Positions 1 through 10,259 of a stretch of DNA of 64,000 nt are shown in pieces; positions within the stretch are counted from its first letter, which is position 1, and each line of letters opens with the position of its first letter. The DNA comes from a virus, in IMG/VR virus record IMGVR_UViG_3300042878_002532, positions 32,001 through 96,000 of that record, one strand, 5' to 3'. The position numbers were made by a program, and so were the translations under genes. The notes beneath the pieces are model-generated. The model had not been told where the DNA came from, ran no database searches, and saw only the letters and a list, made by a program, of their open reading frames with translations.

Positions 1-222
1 GTAGTAGAAGAATTCCAAATCGAGACTGAAGAAGGTCAAGGTGATGAAGAAGGTCAAGAAGACGTTCAAGGATTTGACGAATTTGGTCAAGACGAAGAAG
101 AAGATTTTGGTCAAGATGACGAAGAAGGTCAGGATGACGAAGATGAAGATGAAGAAGAAGGTCAAAACGAAATGGAAGGAAAATTAGAGTCTTTTCAAGC
201 TTTCATCAACAAAAAAAAATAA
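1..222 (+). CDS. 3' end of acidic E/D/G/Q-rich protein (5'-truncated by window edge)
   Basis: Frame 1 open from base 1: VVEEFQIETEEGQGDEEGQED...EMEGKLESFQAFINKKK, TAA at 220-222; not in ORF track. Confidence 0.8.
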   Translation, partial: VVEEFQIETEEGQGDEEGQEDVQGFDEFGQDEEEDFGQDDEEGQDDEDEDEEEGQNEMEGKLESFQAFINKKK

Positions 223-234
223 TATAATCCAAAA

Positions 235-1290
235 ATGATTAAAAAGTTTAATCAATACATAAAGGAGGACGTTGCAGGAGAAAAACAACTTCTGTATTAT
301 GCGTTTGACTGGGATGACAATATATTGAGCATGCCAACGGTTATACACATGGACCATCTTATCGATGGTGACTGGGTTCCTGAGGATGTTTCTACCGCAG
401 ACTTTGCAAAAGTAAGAGGTGATAGTGAGAACTGGAGAGTAATCAACGGTGATCCTGCTGCAGCTTTTTCTGAATTTAGAGATAGTGGACCAAGAGGTGA
501 TGTTGCTTTCTTGGAAGATACTAAAAATGCAGTCTCTGCACAAAGATTTTCTCCAGCGTGGGAAGATTTCGTAGAGTGTTTAGTAAACGGATCTCTTTTC
601 GCTATAATAACGGCGAGAGGACATGAAGCACCATCAATGAAAAAAGGAGTTGAGTGGATAATAGACAATGTTCTTTCTGAAGAACAACTATACGAAATGT
701 ATAACAACCTATTGAAGTTTGCTTATTTATTCAGACATAACAAAGAGTATGATAGAATATTAAAAGGGCAACCATCTGCACATTCACTTGTTCAACTTTA
801 TTTAGAAAATTGTGAGTTCGTGGGTGTTTCTGCACCATCAAGAGGTGGTTCACCATCTGATCCAGAACAAGCTAAAGAAGATGCACTTCTTCTTTTCATG
901 GATAGAGTAAACAAATTTGCGGCAAGTGTTGGATATAAAGCCAAAGTTGGATTCTCAGATGATGACTTAGGTAATGTTAGTCATATAGAAAACCTTGCAG
1001 ACAACTTACACCACGAGCAGTTTCCAAACTTATTATTATTTGTGGTTAAAGGTACAAAATATCCTGAAGACATTACTAAGAAAGTAGTTACTTTTGACGA
1101 GTTCAGAGGTGAAATGAAAGAAAGTCAAGATCCTATGACGACAAGCACTATGTCTATGCAAACTCCTAACGCTGCTATGTCGGCTGGTTTAAATAGTAAA
1201 GACCCTTTTGTGACTAGAGCCATTGGTCAGTCAAAACTTTTAACAAAAATGTCTAAAAACACTTTTGGAAAAAGTAAAAAAAAAGATTAG
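235..1290 (+). CDS. HAD-superfamily phosphatase-like protein with N-terminal tag
   Basis: Motif I FDWDDN, motif II ITARGH, acidic motif IV GFSDDDLGN; starts MIKKFNQYIKE. Confidence 0.6.
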   Translation: MIKKFNQYIKEDVAGEKQLLYYAFDWDDNILSMPTVIHMDHLIDGDWVPEDVSTADFAKVRGDSENWRVINGDPAAAFSEFRDSGPRGDVAFLEDTKNAVSAQRFSPAWEDFVECLVNGSLFAIITARGHEAPSMKKGVEWIIDNVLSEEQLYEMYNNLLKFAYLFRHNKEYDRILKGQPSAHSLVQLYLENCEFVGVSAPSRGGSPSDPEQAKEDALLLFMDRVNKFAASVGYKAKVGFSDDDLGNVSHIENLADNLHHEQFPNLLLFVVKGTKYPEDITKKVVTFDEFRGEMKESQDPMTTSTMSMQTPNAAMSAGLNSKDPFVTRAIGQSKLLTKMSKNTFGKSKKKD

Positions 1291-1320
1291 CCCGAAAGAA
1301 AAAGATTCAGGCAACAAATG

Positions 1321-1349
1321 ATCCGCTTAGTTTTTAAGCGGATTTTTTT
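1321..1349 (+). terminator. Intrinsic terminator
   Basis: ATCCGCTTA-gtttt-TAAGCGGAT followed by T-run. Confidence 0.75.
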
Positions 1350-1357
1350 AATATATA
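1349..1357 (+). promoter_or_regulatory. Putative late promoter TAATATATA
   Basis: Motif recurs shortly upstream of many starts; here 4 nt before ATG 1362. Confidence 0.6.
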
Positions 1358-1361
1358 GAAT

Positions 1362-3212
1362 ATGAAACTAAACAGATACTTAGACTTTATATCAGAAGGT
1401 ACCGGTAGTGGTAAAATGATGATATTCTACTCGGATGACCTGAGAGAGCTTTTCACACACATAGCGATGAGCGAGAGTTCCGCAAAAAATGTGGCAAGAG
1501 TACTTTTGGAAGTTGAAGACAACGACACCGTGAAAGACACTTATACTTTGATAGACAAAACCGACAAGAACGACATGATTTCGTATGTTCAGACAAGTAG
1601 GTTCTACAGAGAGTATCCTAACGGAATCTCGAGTCCGGATTTGGAAAAAGAAAGAGGTTACTCCATGAAGAGTAGCAAGTTCTGGAAAAGTGGAAGAACT
1701 CCTAACTACGGAATAGGAAGATGGGTAAGACACATATTCAACGACGTTCGTCAGACTCCTATAAAGAACGAAGATCTTGAGAGTTTTGTGAACGCCTACA
1801 AGTCTACCTACGATACAATGGCCAAACGTTCTGAAAAATTTAAATTGGTAAAAGGTGAGGATATAAGATACTGGTATTTAGAAGACAGATACGAAGAAGT
1901 GAGTGGACAGCTTGGAAACTCTTGTATGAGATACAAAAGATGTCAGTCATATCTGGATATCTATGTCGAGAATCCGGAATCGTGTAGTCTGCTTATATTG
2001 AAAGGTAATGATCCAGACAAGATAGCAGGACGTGCACTTATCTGGACTATACACGAAGGTCCAGGTGTTGCTGGAAGAAGGTTCATGGACAGGATCTACA
2101 CGATAAAGGACAGCGACAAGATTCTTTTTGAGGCATACGCGAAAGAGAACGATATTCTTAGATCACAATCTTATACGTACAAAATAAAGGTTAAGGAAGG
2201 TAGGTACGACTACTATCCTTATATGGACACGCTTACGTGCTATGATTATGAAAAAGGGATTCTATCTTCTTCTCTTGATGGCGAAGATATTTTAGGTCTA
2301 CAAAACACGGATGGAACCGCATCGGACAACGAAGGAAGAGTTTGGAGTGAGTATCACGGTGAGTATATAGACGAGGATGACGCCAGATATTGTGAAGACG
2401 TTGACGGTCCCGTGCACTATGAGAGCACGGTTTGGTTAGAATATTTAGACATATATGTTACCGATAATGCAGATACGGTTTATAGCGAATATTTTGATGG
2501 AAGCTACTATAGTGAAGATGCCGTTCGTTCGGAATGTATGGATGACTATCTAAAAGCAAACGATAGTGATGTTATAGAGATTAAAACTAGTGCGGATGGA
2601 GACACCGATTATTGTGTTTTAGATCGTAAGGACCTATATATTGAGGTAGATGACGAATATTACTATAGAAAGAATTATATATTAGATCCTTACACAGGTG
2701 AATATCATTTCGGTGATGAGAAGGTTGATGGTGTGAAATATATCAAATATTTAGAGAATAAGTTAGAAGAAGAACTTGAAGTAAAAGAGAAATATACTCT
2801 AGCAGGTGGAAAGTTTGATTTAGAAAAATATAGAACCGATCTTAAAAAGATGTTTGTCGAATATGTTCCTACCGATGACTTCATAAAAGAAGTGAAGACA
2901 AAGGGTGGTGATAATAGTTATTACTATCATTTACCTGGACTATATGCTTGGATAATAAGAGACCAGATGAATTATGGAACCATAAATGCAGGTTATCAAT
3001 CAAGTGCAGCATTGTCTAGCTACAAGAAACTTTTATTTGATATTTTGGAAGAGATGTCTGAAGAATTTGATAAAGAAAATATTAAATTATGGTACGATGA
3101 TAAGTTTTCACGCTCTTGGAATCTAAGATCCGTATTTAAAATATTTGACAATATAGACATCACTAAATTTCCTACGGAAATATACAAAAGAATATTCTTT
3201 TTTAACATATGA
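1362..3212 (+). CDS. Conserved phage protein (NSCMRY/GRALIW/MDRIY/YPYMDT family) with aromatic-acidic repeats
   Basis: 616 aa ORF; motif set typical of an uncharacterised phage family; N-terminal tag MKLNRYLDFISE. Confidence 0.55.
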   Translation: MKLNRYLDFISEGTGSGKMMIFYSDDLRELFTHIAMSESSAKNVARVLLEVEDNDTVKDTYTLIDKTDKNDMISYVQTSRFYREYPNGISSPDLEKERGYSMKSSKFWKSGRTPNYGIGRWVRHIFNDVRQTPIKNEDLESFVNAYKSTYDTMAKRSEKFKLVKGEDIRYWYLEDRYEEVSGQLGNSCMRYKRCQSYLDIYVENPESCSLLILKGNDPDKIAGRALIWTIHEGPGVAGRRFMDRIYTIKDSDKILFEAYAKENDILRSQSYTYKIKVKEGRYDYYPYMDTLTCYDYEKGILSSSLDGEDILGLQNTDGTASDNEGRVWSEYHGEYIDEDDARYCEDVDGPVHYESTVWLEYLDIYVTDNADTVYSEYFDGSYYSEDAVRSECMDDYLKANDSDVIEIKTSADGDTDYCVLDRKDLYIEVDDEYYYRKNYILDPYTGEYHFGDEKVDGVKYIKYLENKLEEELEVKEKYTLAGGKFDLEKYRTDLKKMFVEYVPTDDFIKEVKTKGGDNSYYYHLPGLYAWIIRDQMNYGTINAGYQSSAALSSYKKLLFDILEEMSEEFDKENIKLWYDDKFSRSWNLRSVFKIFDNIDITKFPTEIYKRIFFFNI

Positions 3213-3772
3213 AAAACGTAAAGACATATGAAGGATTCCTAGACTTCTTCAAAAGAAAACCAAAAAGTACAGAACCAGTTTATATGGATGATATAAAAGA
3301 GTGTGGGTACGACTTTTTACATGACAACAGAATAGCCACTTACGTCGATGGATCAACTCCAGGTGGTATTGGTCATGACTTTGATGATATTTTTGGAATA
3401 AAAAGAGGAATAGATTTGACACACGACTATGAAGATTTAATGAACGATACTATGAATCTACCACGTAACGTAAGAGGAAACATGATGATTATACAATTTC
3501 GATATTCTTTATACGAAGAAACTACAAGTAGAGAAAATTATAAATACGTTTCGAGAAATGAAATGTCTGAGATGTTGAAAGACTTCGCAGATAAGTTAGA
3601 GACATTGGATTGTAAGGCGAGTTTTTATCTTGCTTGGGGTTATGACGAAGGACGTACAGATGACAAAGAATACAAAAACATTGATAAAGTTATAGACGTT
3701 ATATACAAAACTGATAGAACTCCATTGGTAACGATGAAAATAACTGCACCTTCTGATATAATAGTCGATTAA
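3209..3772 (+). CDS. Hypothetical protein with N-terminal tag
   Basis: ATGA overlap with upstream gene; starts MKNVKTYEGFLDFF. Confidence 0.75.
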   Translation: MKNVKTYEGFLDFFKRKPKSTEPVYMDDIKECGYDFLHDNRIATYVDGSTPGGIGHDFDDIFGIKRGIDLTHDYEDLMNDTMNLPRNVRGNMMIIQFRYSLYEETTSRENYKYVSRNEMSEMLKDFADKLETLDCKASFYLAWGYDEGRTDDKEYKNIDKVIDVIYKTDRTPLVTMKITAPSDIIVD

Positions 3773-3778
3773 TTTCCT

Positions 3779-3786
3779 TATCTTTG
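3779..3786 (+). promoter_or_regulatory. Bacteroidota-type -7 promoter element TAnnTTTG (TATCTTTG)
   Basis: Matches the Bacteroidota primary sigma -7 consensus; 4 nt before ATG 3791 (near-leaderless). Confidence 0.5.
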
Positions 3787-3790
3787 TTAA

Positions 3791-4243
3791 ATGAATAGAA
3801 TTTATTTAGACGATATAAGAACTCCATTAGAGCAAGACTGGATTGTAGTAAGAAACTTAGAAGAGTTTTCCAAAAAGATTCAAGAGATTGGACTTGAAAA
3901 TATTTCGCACATATCTCTCGACCACGACCTTGATAAGTCTGCGATGGATGAATACTTCAATAACGTAGCAAAGAACTACACAATCGATTACAGCAAGATT
4001 ATAGAGCCAACCGGTCTCGACTGTGTGAAGTGGATTGTAGACCATTTCTATAAGATGAATCCAAAGAGAAGAAAGATGTCTCGATTTGAGAAGAAATCTT
4101 ATCCTATAAAATTCCCTTATATCACTATACATTCACATAACCCTATCGGTTCTGCAAACATGCAAGGCTACATCAACAACTTCTACAAGAACGAAGGTCA
4201 GGAAGAAGATTGTGTTCGAGGTAAGATACCATACAAAGACTAA
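3791..4243 (+). CDS. Cyclic-phosphate-processing receiver (cREC-like) domain protein
   Basis: IYLDDIRTP...ISLDHDL...TGLDCVKW...IHSHNPIG signature. Confidence 0.75.
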   Translation: MNRIYLDDIRTPLEQDWIVVRNLEEFSKKIQEIGLENISHISLDHDLDKSAMDEYFNNVAKNYTIDYSKIIEPTGLDCVKWIVDHFYKMNPKRRKMSRFEKKSYPIKFPYITIHSHNPIGSANMQGYINNFYKNEGQEEDCVRGKIPYKD

Positions 4244-4266
4244 ACTTAGAATATGATTTTCTATAT
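4241..4266 (+). promoter_or_regulatory. Putative middle-type promoter TAAAC-N16-TATAT
   Basis: Same bipartite motif found before clamp, UvsY operon, gp47, M42 peptidase and lipoprotein. Confidence 0.5.
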
Positions 4267-4274
4267 CATGTGAT

Positions 4275-5465
4275 ATGGATAAGGAATACATAAAAGGATT
4301 GGTTCAGAAGATACTCAACAAAGAGTTCGCCAACATAAACAAGAGAAAGATTGTCGACTATGTTGATCGATTTAATATCGCGTGTCCCTATTGCGGTGAT
4401 AGTAAGAACGTCTATAAGAAAAGAGGAAATCTTTATCTGAATAGGTTGATGTTTGTTTGCTTTAACTGCGACAAACATACAAATCTTGATAGGATGTGTA
4501 AGGACTTCAACGAAATGGTTGATCCTGATAAGAAGCTTGAAATGATTGAGCATCTTAATAGTGTAATGACATATTCCGACTATGAAGCAAATATGTCTGA
4601 TGCCAAATTCGAAAACCTTATCGAATTAAGCGAGTTAGAGAGAGTTTTTAGCTCTAACCTTACTCAGATAACAGATTTCAAACCAATCATCACCAACGGC
4701 GGTATATATAAGTATTTAATAGGTCGTGGTATTCCAGAAGAGTATCATAAAAACATATATCAAGCAAAATTCTGGAAGAACGAAGATGAAGCAGAATGGA
4801 TAATCGTGATGCTCAATAGAAGAGACACGAAAGTTCTGGGTATGCAAGTTCGTAATCTAAAAGAAGGTAAAAAACGTATGTTTAAGATTTATAACTATGA
4901 GAATCTTTTAGAATGGATAAACATTGGAAAAGAAGAACCTATAGAGATTGACATGAACGAGATGGTTATCTACAACAAGCTTTCATACTACTTCAATATA
5001 TTGAACGTAGATTTAGGAAAAACCATAACGGTCTTTGAAGGGTATTTAGATTCGCTATTTTATCCAAACTCTATAGGGTTGGTAGGAGTCAACACAGACT
5101 ATAAGTTGATTGAAAACAATGGGTTAGATATTCAATATTTCTTTGACAACGATGATGCCGGATTCAGTAAGAGTGAGGAAAAAATAAAGATAGAATATCC
5201 TGTCTTTCTATGGCAAAAACTTTTTGAAGATATTGTTGAGAAGAAAAAGTCTGCGGACCCAGGTGCACTTCTACATAGGATAAGTAAGGTAAAAGATATA
5301 AACAAACTGGCGACACTTGTACCAAATCCTTATAAGACTTTAAAATTAGAAGATTTTTTTAGTAAAGATGTACTCGATTTAAAATGGATACCTAAAAAGA
5401 AGAAGTATTCTAAGAAACAAGATACCGACTACAACAGAAAGTTCGACAACATCAAATATCTATGA
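4275..5465 (+). CDS. DNA primase (T4 gp61-like)
   Basis: Zn finger CPYCGDS...CFNC; TOPRIM motifs VFEGYLDS and FFDNDDAG. Confidence 0.9.
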   Translation: MDKEYIKGLVQKILNKEFANINKRKIVDYVDRFNIACPYCGDSKNVYKKRGNLYLNRLMFVCFNCDKHTNLDRMCKDFNEMVDPDKKLEMIEHLNSVMTYSDYEANMSDAKFENLIELSELERVFSSNLTQITDFKPIITNGGIYKYLIGRGIPEEYHKNIYQAKFWKNEDEAEWIIVMLNRRDTKVLGMQVRNLKEGKKRMFKIYNYENLLEWINIGKEEPIEIDMNEMVIYNKLSYYFNILNVDLGKTITVFEGYLDSLFYPNSIGLVGVNTDYKLIENNGLDIQYFFDNDDAGFSKSEEKIKIEYPVFLWQKLFEDIVEKKKSADPGALLHRISKVKDINKLATLVPNPYKTLKLEDFFSKDVLDLKWIPKKKKYSKKQDTDYNRKFDNIKYL

Positions 5466-5506
5466 TTTCATTTTCTCCGTTTAATATATAAAAGAAAAAT
5501 ATTAAA

Positions 5507-5827
5507 ATGGAAAAAGAACAAAAAAAGGTAGCCAATGTGGTAGCACCTAAAAAGAATTATTTTTTTGGTTGGTCAAACATAAAATGGGGATTAAAAGAAT
5601 TAATTAACGTATATTCATCTAAAAACTCTTATTTCTCTAAAAAGAGAGTAGAGTCAGGATTGGCATTCATCATTGCACAATGGGGTATGATATTCTTTTT
5701 GTTAGAAAAACATTCTACTTTGACTATGGGAGAATTCTTATTATGGGCTGCTGCTGAGTTTGCAGTATCTGGATATATAATCAATAAAATACAAAAAGAA
5801 AAGAAACCAACTGAATCAGAAGAATAA
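5507..5827 (+). CDS. Small two-TM membrane protein (holin-like candidate)
   Basis: Two hydrophobic segments, charged C-terminus, TAATATATA at 5482-5490. Confidence 0.45.
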   Translation: MEKEQKKVANVVAPKKNYFFGWSNIKWGLKELINVYSSKNSYFSKKRVESGLAFIIAQWGMIFFLLEKHSTLTMGEFLLWAAAEFAVSGYIINKIQKEKKPTESEE

Positions 5828-6258
5828 TGAGATACGGAGTAATCTATATAAAAATATGTCCTAAAGAAGGAACACCAGGTGATTGGATAAAGTATTGTCA
5901 TTTCCTTTCGGAAACTCCTAAATCTTTCCAACAAAACGTTGAGATTATAGCAAATGACATCAATAGTAAGCATTCAGATGATATAGTTATCCCAATGGAT
6001 ATAGATGTTCATCCAGGTTGTACGACAACACCTGAAGGTGTAAAGGCAGTTGCGGAGGATATGTATAAACAGTATTCTGAGTTGTGTGAAAGACAAGGAA
6101 TTCCAAACTCTGTAAGATGTGTTTATTCTATCGGTGAACTTAGAAATATTAATGTTGATTCTACACATCATTTGAGTAATGATGAACTTATGGTAAAGGT
6201 CGGTAGATTTTTAGATGAATCTGACGAACCAGGCATATTTGAATTAGATGAAATATAA
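5827..6258 (+). CDS. Hypothetical protein
   Basis: 143 aa ORF, TAATG overlap with upstream stop. Confidence 0.7.
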   Translation: MRYGVIYIKICPKEGTPGDWIKYCHFLSETPKSFQQNVEIIANDINSKHSDDIVIPMDIDVHPGCTTTPEGVKAVAEDMYKQYSELCERQGIPNSVRCVYSIGELRNINVDSTHHLSNDELMVKVGRFLDESDEPGIFELDEI

Positions 6259-6262
6259 AACT

Positions 6263-6291
6263 AAAAAGCCACTCAAATGAGTGGCTTTTTT
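6263..6291. terminator. Bidirectional terminator, CCACTC/GAGTGG family
   Basis: AAAAAGCCACTCA-aa-TGAGTGGCTTTTT between convergent genes. Confidence 0.85.
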
Positions 6292-6303
6292 ATTTAGTGT
6301 TTA

Positions 6304-6891
6304 TTAAAACTTTCTTTTGAATGTTCTGTTTTTGTAGCTTTTAGACTCTCCAATCTGGTCGATATCTACTGCTTGAGCTTTAAGAGCTTGAGCTTCTGGA
6401 TCTAAACCTGTTTCAGTTTTATCAGAACCTCTTTCAAACTCACCTTGAGCTTGTGCTCTTTTTTGAGCTTGTGCTTGTACTCTTCTTTCTTTTTTACCTT
6501 GAGCTTCTGCTTGAGCTTGTGGGTTGTTAAGGTAATCAACAACTTTTTCAACGTCGTCAGTTTTCAAATCGATTCCGTCTACTCTAAATTGTCCTGTTTC
6601 AGATGGTTGATCAATCTCATGTCCATCATGATTGATAACATTTCTTTCAACTGAAGCACCTAACAATTCTGCTAATCCTTCTAATCCACCTTCTACTGCG
6701 TCTACGTCTCCATATGCTAATGGATTGTCTCTTACACCTGGTTCTTCTGTAGGAATAACAGATGGTCTAGCCGGTCTTGGCGTTGTATCTGGTCTTGTTG
6801 GTGCTGGAATCGTCTCAGGAGAAACGCCTGGTCTTGACGGTGCCGGAGCATTTTCATTTGTTTTTACAAATTGATTATATTTTTTAATCAT
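6304..6891 (-). CDS. Pro-rich, QA-rich hypothetical protein with N-terminal tag
   Basis: MIKKYNQFVKTNE; PAPSRP/PAPTRP repeats; TAATATATA on minus strand at 6914-6922. Confidence 0.75.
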   Translation of the reverse strand: MIKKYNQFVKTNENAPAPSRPGVSPETIPAPTRPDTTPRPARPSVIPTEEPGVRDNPLAYGDVDAVEGGLEGLAELLGASVERNVINHDGHEIDQPSETGQFRVDGIDLKTDDVEKVVDYLNNPQAQAEAQGKKERRVQAQAQKRAQAQGEFERGSDKTETGLDPEAQALKAQAVDIDQIGESKSYKNRTFKRKF

Positions 6892-6940
6892 CTTTTTAGA
6901 CTTATTTTTTTAGTATATATTAAAATATTTTTTTCTTTTT

Positions 6941-7435
6941 TTACTCTTCATCTTGATTTTCTAACTCACTAACTACATAGTCGATAAAACTATCAAGTTC
7001 ATATTCATAACCTGAACAAAAGTCAAAGACATCAAAATCTTTTCCGTTTATCTGAACTCCAAAGTCTGGAGATGTGAATGTTGTTTCTGGATAGTAAACG
7101 ATTCTTCCTTCAAGTCTTCCACTTATTGTTTTCCCGTTTTCTATAAGATCTGGACAAGTAAGTGTTCCTAAGTAATGTATCTCATCTCCATATTCTTCTA
7201 TAGAGTCAAATTCAAACTTGAACATTCCAGCATAGTCTTCGAAGACCTTTTCACTTTCTTCTTTAGTAAGTGCATTATGTACTGCTTCTTCACCGCCGGA
7301 TTTATGTGCATCCAAAAACTCTTTCTCTAATGAAGTCAATGATTTCATACCATACTTAGATATTTTGTCTAGTATGTCGTCGACTCGTTGTGCGGTCGAA
7401 TAACCTTCGTATCTCATTAGATGTCTCATAATCAC
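6941..7435 (-). CDS. Hypothetical protein with N-terminal tag and DUF6576-like motif
   Basis: MRHLMRYEGY then VDDILDKISKYGMKSLTSLEKEFL; TAATATATA at 7440-7448 (minus). Confidence 0.75.
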   Translation of the reverse strand: MIMRHLMRYEGYSTAQRVDDILDKISKYGMKSLTSLEKEFLDAHKSGGEEAVHNALTKEESEKVFEDYAGMFKFEFDSIEEYGDEIHYLGTLTCPDLIENGKTISGRLEGRIVYYPETTFTSPDFGVQINGKDFDVFDFCSGYEYELDSFIDYVVSELENQDEE

Positions 7436-7464
7436 AATGTATATATTAAATTAGACACTCGTTT

Positions 7465-7827
7465 TTATACAGAACCTTTGATTTCCCACGGATTCCAGTC
7501 TTTTATAGGTTCCATTAGTTTCTTTTTAATAGTTTCATATACGGGTATTAGATTGCCTGATGTCTGGTATATAGCTATGTAATTATTTTGATACTTTTCG
7601 GAATCAAAGTCTTCTATTTCTTTATCTTCTAAAACTGAATCTAATCGACTTTGTCTTTCCCATGCTTTTACTGAGTTTATATAGCTATCTACAAAGAATA
7701 TAAGAAATCCATTCTCTTCTTTGTGATTACGGATCATATCAAAGTCTATTCCATCATAGAAAAAGACATTGGTTCCGTTTATTTCTATATTTTCAATCAA
7801 AGTCAAAGCCATCGAATAAGTCGTCAA
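7465..7827 (-). CDS. Hypothetical protein
   Basis: 120 aa ORF; contains RQSRLDSVL motif. Confidence 0.65.
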   Translation of the reverse strand: MTTYSMALTLIENIEINGTNVFFYDGIDFDMIRNHKEENGFLIFFVDSYINSVKAWERQSRLDSVLEDKEIEDFDSEKYQNNYIAIYQTSGNLIPVYETIKKKLMEPIKDWNPWEIKGSV

Positions 7828-8016
7828 TCTTTTTATCTCTAAAAGATCCTATTTGTTTTCCTTCAAATTGTTCATTTTTTTCGACTTTATTTTTGAACTC
7901 TTCAAATGCCGCTCTTGATATTTTAGAAAGTGCCATTGCACCTGCTGATATCTTTCCTTCGTTTAATCTATCTGATAGATAACTTACGAACATTGGGTAT
8001 AGTCTTTCGTTTTTCA
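7793..8016 (-). CDS. Hypothetical protein
   Basis: Probable start MKNERLY; ends FRDKKIDDLFDGFDFD. Confidence 0.6.
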
Positions 8017-8070
8017 TAAAAATATATATCAAATAACACCTTTCCGAATCGTGGAAAATATATATACTTT

Positions 8071-8802
8071 ATGGAAAAAGATTTAAGCTTAGGACCAGTC
8101 CTTACAAGCAAATATGGTGAAACGAATTCAATCGCTTGGTTGAATCAAATGATAATAAAATACATAACAAGTATTTATGGTCCTTTTGGATATTCTTATA
8201 GAGCAGGAAACAAAGACATCAATGTAAACGGAAAGCTGATAAACACAGAGTACATCGACAAAATGGTGAACAACTACACAGTTTTCAAAGGAATAATAAA
8301 CGATCAGGAAATAAACACAGAGGAAGGATTCTACAACTATATGGTTGCAAACTTATTCGATGTGTATAACTACGGTGGTTCTCATTTTGATAAGATAACC
8401 TTACCGGTTCTTATTGCAACCTCTAGACGAGGGAACATTGGTGAACAAAAGGCTTTAGCGTTTTTTAAAAACGAACTTATGAAAAGAAACGTTGAGTGTG
8501 TTATAATACCACCAACTCTTTTAGAAGATGGTCAAGGAATAGATGGTAAGTTTATGTGGAATGGTAAAGAACTTACTATTCAAGTAAAACCTTATGATAG
8601 TATAATGAAAAGAGATGGAATGGTAAATGTTTTTTCTCAAGGATCATTATCTCTTCAAATAATAGGTGCTGGTAAAAATGTAGACTATCTTGTTCTTTAC
8701 AATCTTGAAAAGAAAGGATTTGTAATAGTAAGAGCAAGTAATGTTACTATACAAGGAAATCAGTTTATATTTCCAGAAGACAAACTCATCGCAATGATAT
8801 AA
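8071..8802 (+). CDS. PD-(D/E)XK nuclease-like protein
   Basis: GNIGEQ...EDGQGIDG...TIQVKPY pattern typical of the restriction-endonuclease fold. Confidence 0.55.
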   Translation: MEKDLSLGPVLTSKYGETNSIAWLNQMIIKYITSIYGPFGYSYRAGNKDINVNGKLINTEYIDKMVNNYTVFKGIINDQEINTEEGFYNYMVANLFDVYNYGGSHFDKITLPVLIATSRRGNIGEQKALAFFKNELMKRNVECVIIPPTLLEDGQGIDGKFMWNGKELTIQVKPYDSIMKRDGMVNVFSQGSLSLQIIGAGKNVDYLVLYNLEKKGFVIVRASNVTIQGNQFIFPEDKLIAMI

Positions 8803-8803
8803 C

Positions 8804-8835
8804 AAAAAACCCACTCATTTTGAGTGGGTTTTTTT
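8804..8835. terminator. Bidirectional terminator, CCACTC/GAGTGG family
   Basis: AAAAAACCCACTCA-ttt-TGAGTGGGTTTTTT. Confidence 0.85.
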
Positions 8836-10258
8836 ATTTTCCAAAGCCGCCGAATATATCCATTACAACAGATAATCTTTCAGTTATCTCAGGCATTCCC
8901 AATGGTTCGATAATCTTGTTTATCGGTGCCAAAATACATTTCGCAAACTGAATGTCATAATCAATCGCTGGTGCAATCTCAATCGGATAAGAACCTCTAA
9001 TATAAGCAAAGATATCTCCATTGTTATTGTTTTTACAATAGTAGTATTTAATCTTAGTTCCAGACTTTACAAATTCGTACTTAGTCTGTAAATACTTGTT
9101 CTGATGTAAAAGATAGTTATGATAAGCACTTGCTTTTACTGCGAAGTGAGCACCATTTACGAACTGAAGTGGTAAAGATTTATCATCTATTACTTTGACA
9201 TCGTAGTTTGAACAAGAAGACTGCATAGCAATGTCGTCAATATCAGCCAACTCAAACTCTTTACGTAGAGCTTTGATTAGTTTAAGTAAATCCTTTATGT
9301 TGAATGTGTTCGAATGTTCAAAAAGATACTTCACAATGTTGATAATCTTCTCTCTAGCGAACAATGGAGTCGAAGATCTTACTAACTCTACTCCTTTAGG
9401 GAATAAGTATGTCAATCTATCATAAGGAATTCCATCTTCAAAAGAAACATGTTGAATATATTTCTTCTTAGCCAATGAGATAATAGATTCAGAAATTCTT
9501 TCAAGCTCGAAATCTTCTTTGTTTTCTACTCCAAATGTTGCTGCGTAGTCTTCTAAACATTGTTTAAAGTATCCACCATATCTAAAATGGTCCATTCCGT
9601 GAATGTAATCTACTTCTCTCGACCAGTTCCATTCTACTTCACAAGTAAGTGCTCCACTTCCAATAAGTTTCATGAATCCTCTGTCCTTAATGAAAAGTCC
9701 GTCAGAGATTATCATCTCATAGTCTGTTGTAAGAAGTTCTTCAAATTCTGCAAGATTCGCAGCAGTTCCTAAATGATTAGGGTTGTCTGTTTTTATGTTG
9801 TTCTGTGAAAGAACTATAAATTTCTTATCAATCGATTTTAGATTTTCAGTACCTAAAAGAATATCTCTCCAATCAGAGTGGTTTATTGCAGGAAGAAAAG
9901 AAACGAATAGTGAATCGGTATCTGCATAGATTGAAACCGGTTCACTTCTATCTATTGCAGTTACGTTTCTAACACAAAGTCTTTTGTGTAACTCAAAGTC
10001 AAAGTGCCATTGGTTGTACCAATAGTCTTCGTTGACTCTATCCATAGTTTGTGTAAGGTCTCTTCCTTGAGCGGTGATTGTTCCTGCAACGTGGTTGTTG
10101 TACAATATGAAGTATGCTGTTGCGAAGGCTCCATAAGATCCATTCAGAACTAATTTTAGAGCGGTTTGCATCGCATTGTAGTATTCGACGGTCTTCTTAA
10201 CCTCGATTGCTTGCCTTTTCAGTTCTTCTATCTTTTTAAGCTTTTCTTCCTTTGTCAT
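8834..10258 (-). CDS. Family B DNA polymerase, C-terminal half (split gp43B-like)
   Basis: Motif B KLVLNGSYG, TITAQGR, motif C YADTDS, KKKY, KGVELVRSSTP; no exonuclease domain or motif A. Confidence 0.9.
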   Translation of the reverse strand: MTKEEKLKKIEELKRQAIEVKKTVEYYNAMQTALKLVLNGSYGAFATAYFILYNNHVAGTITAQGRDLTQTMDRVNEDYWYNQWHFDFELHKRLCVRNVTAIDRSEPVSIYADTDSLFVSFLPAINHSDWRDILLGTENLKSIDKKFIVLSQNNIKTDNPNHLGTAANLAEFEELLTTDYEMIISDGLFIKDRGFMKLIGSGALTCEVEWNWSREVDYIHGMDHFRYGGYFKQCLEDYAATFGVENKEDFELERISESIISLAKKKYIQHVSFEDGIPYDRLTYLFPKGVELVRSSTPLFAREKIINIVKYLFEHSNTFNIKDLLKLIKALRKEFELADIDDIAMQSSCSNYDVKVIDDKSLPLQFVNGAHFAVKASAYHNYLLHQNKYLQTKYEFVKSGTKIKYYYCKNNNNGDIFAYIRGSYPIEIAPAIDYDIQFAKCILAPINKIIEPLGMPEITERLSVVMDIFGGFGK

Positions 10259-10259
10259 A

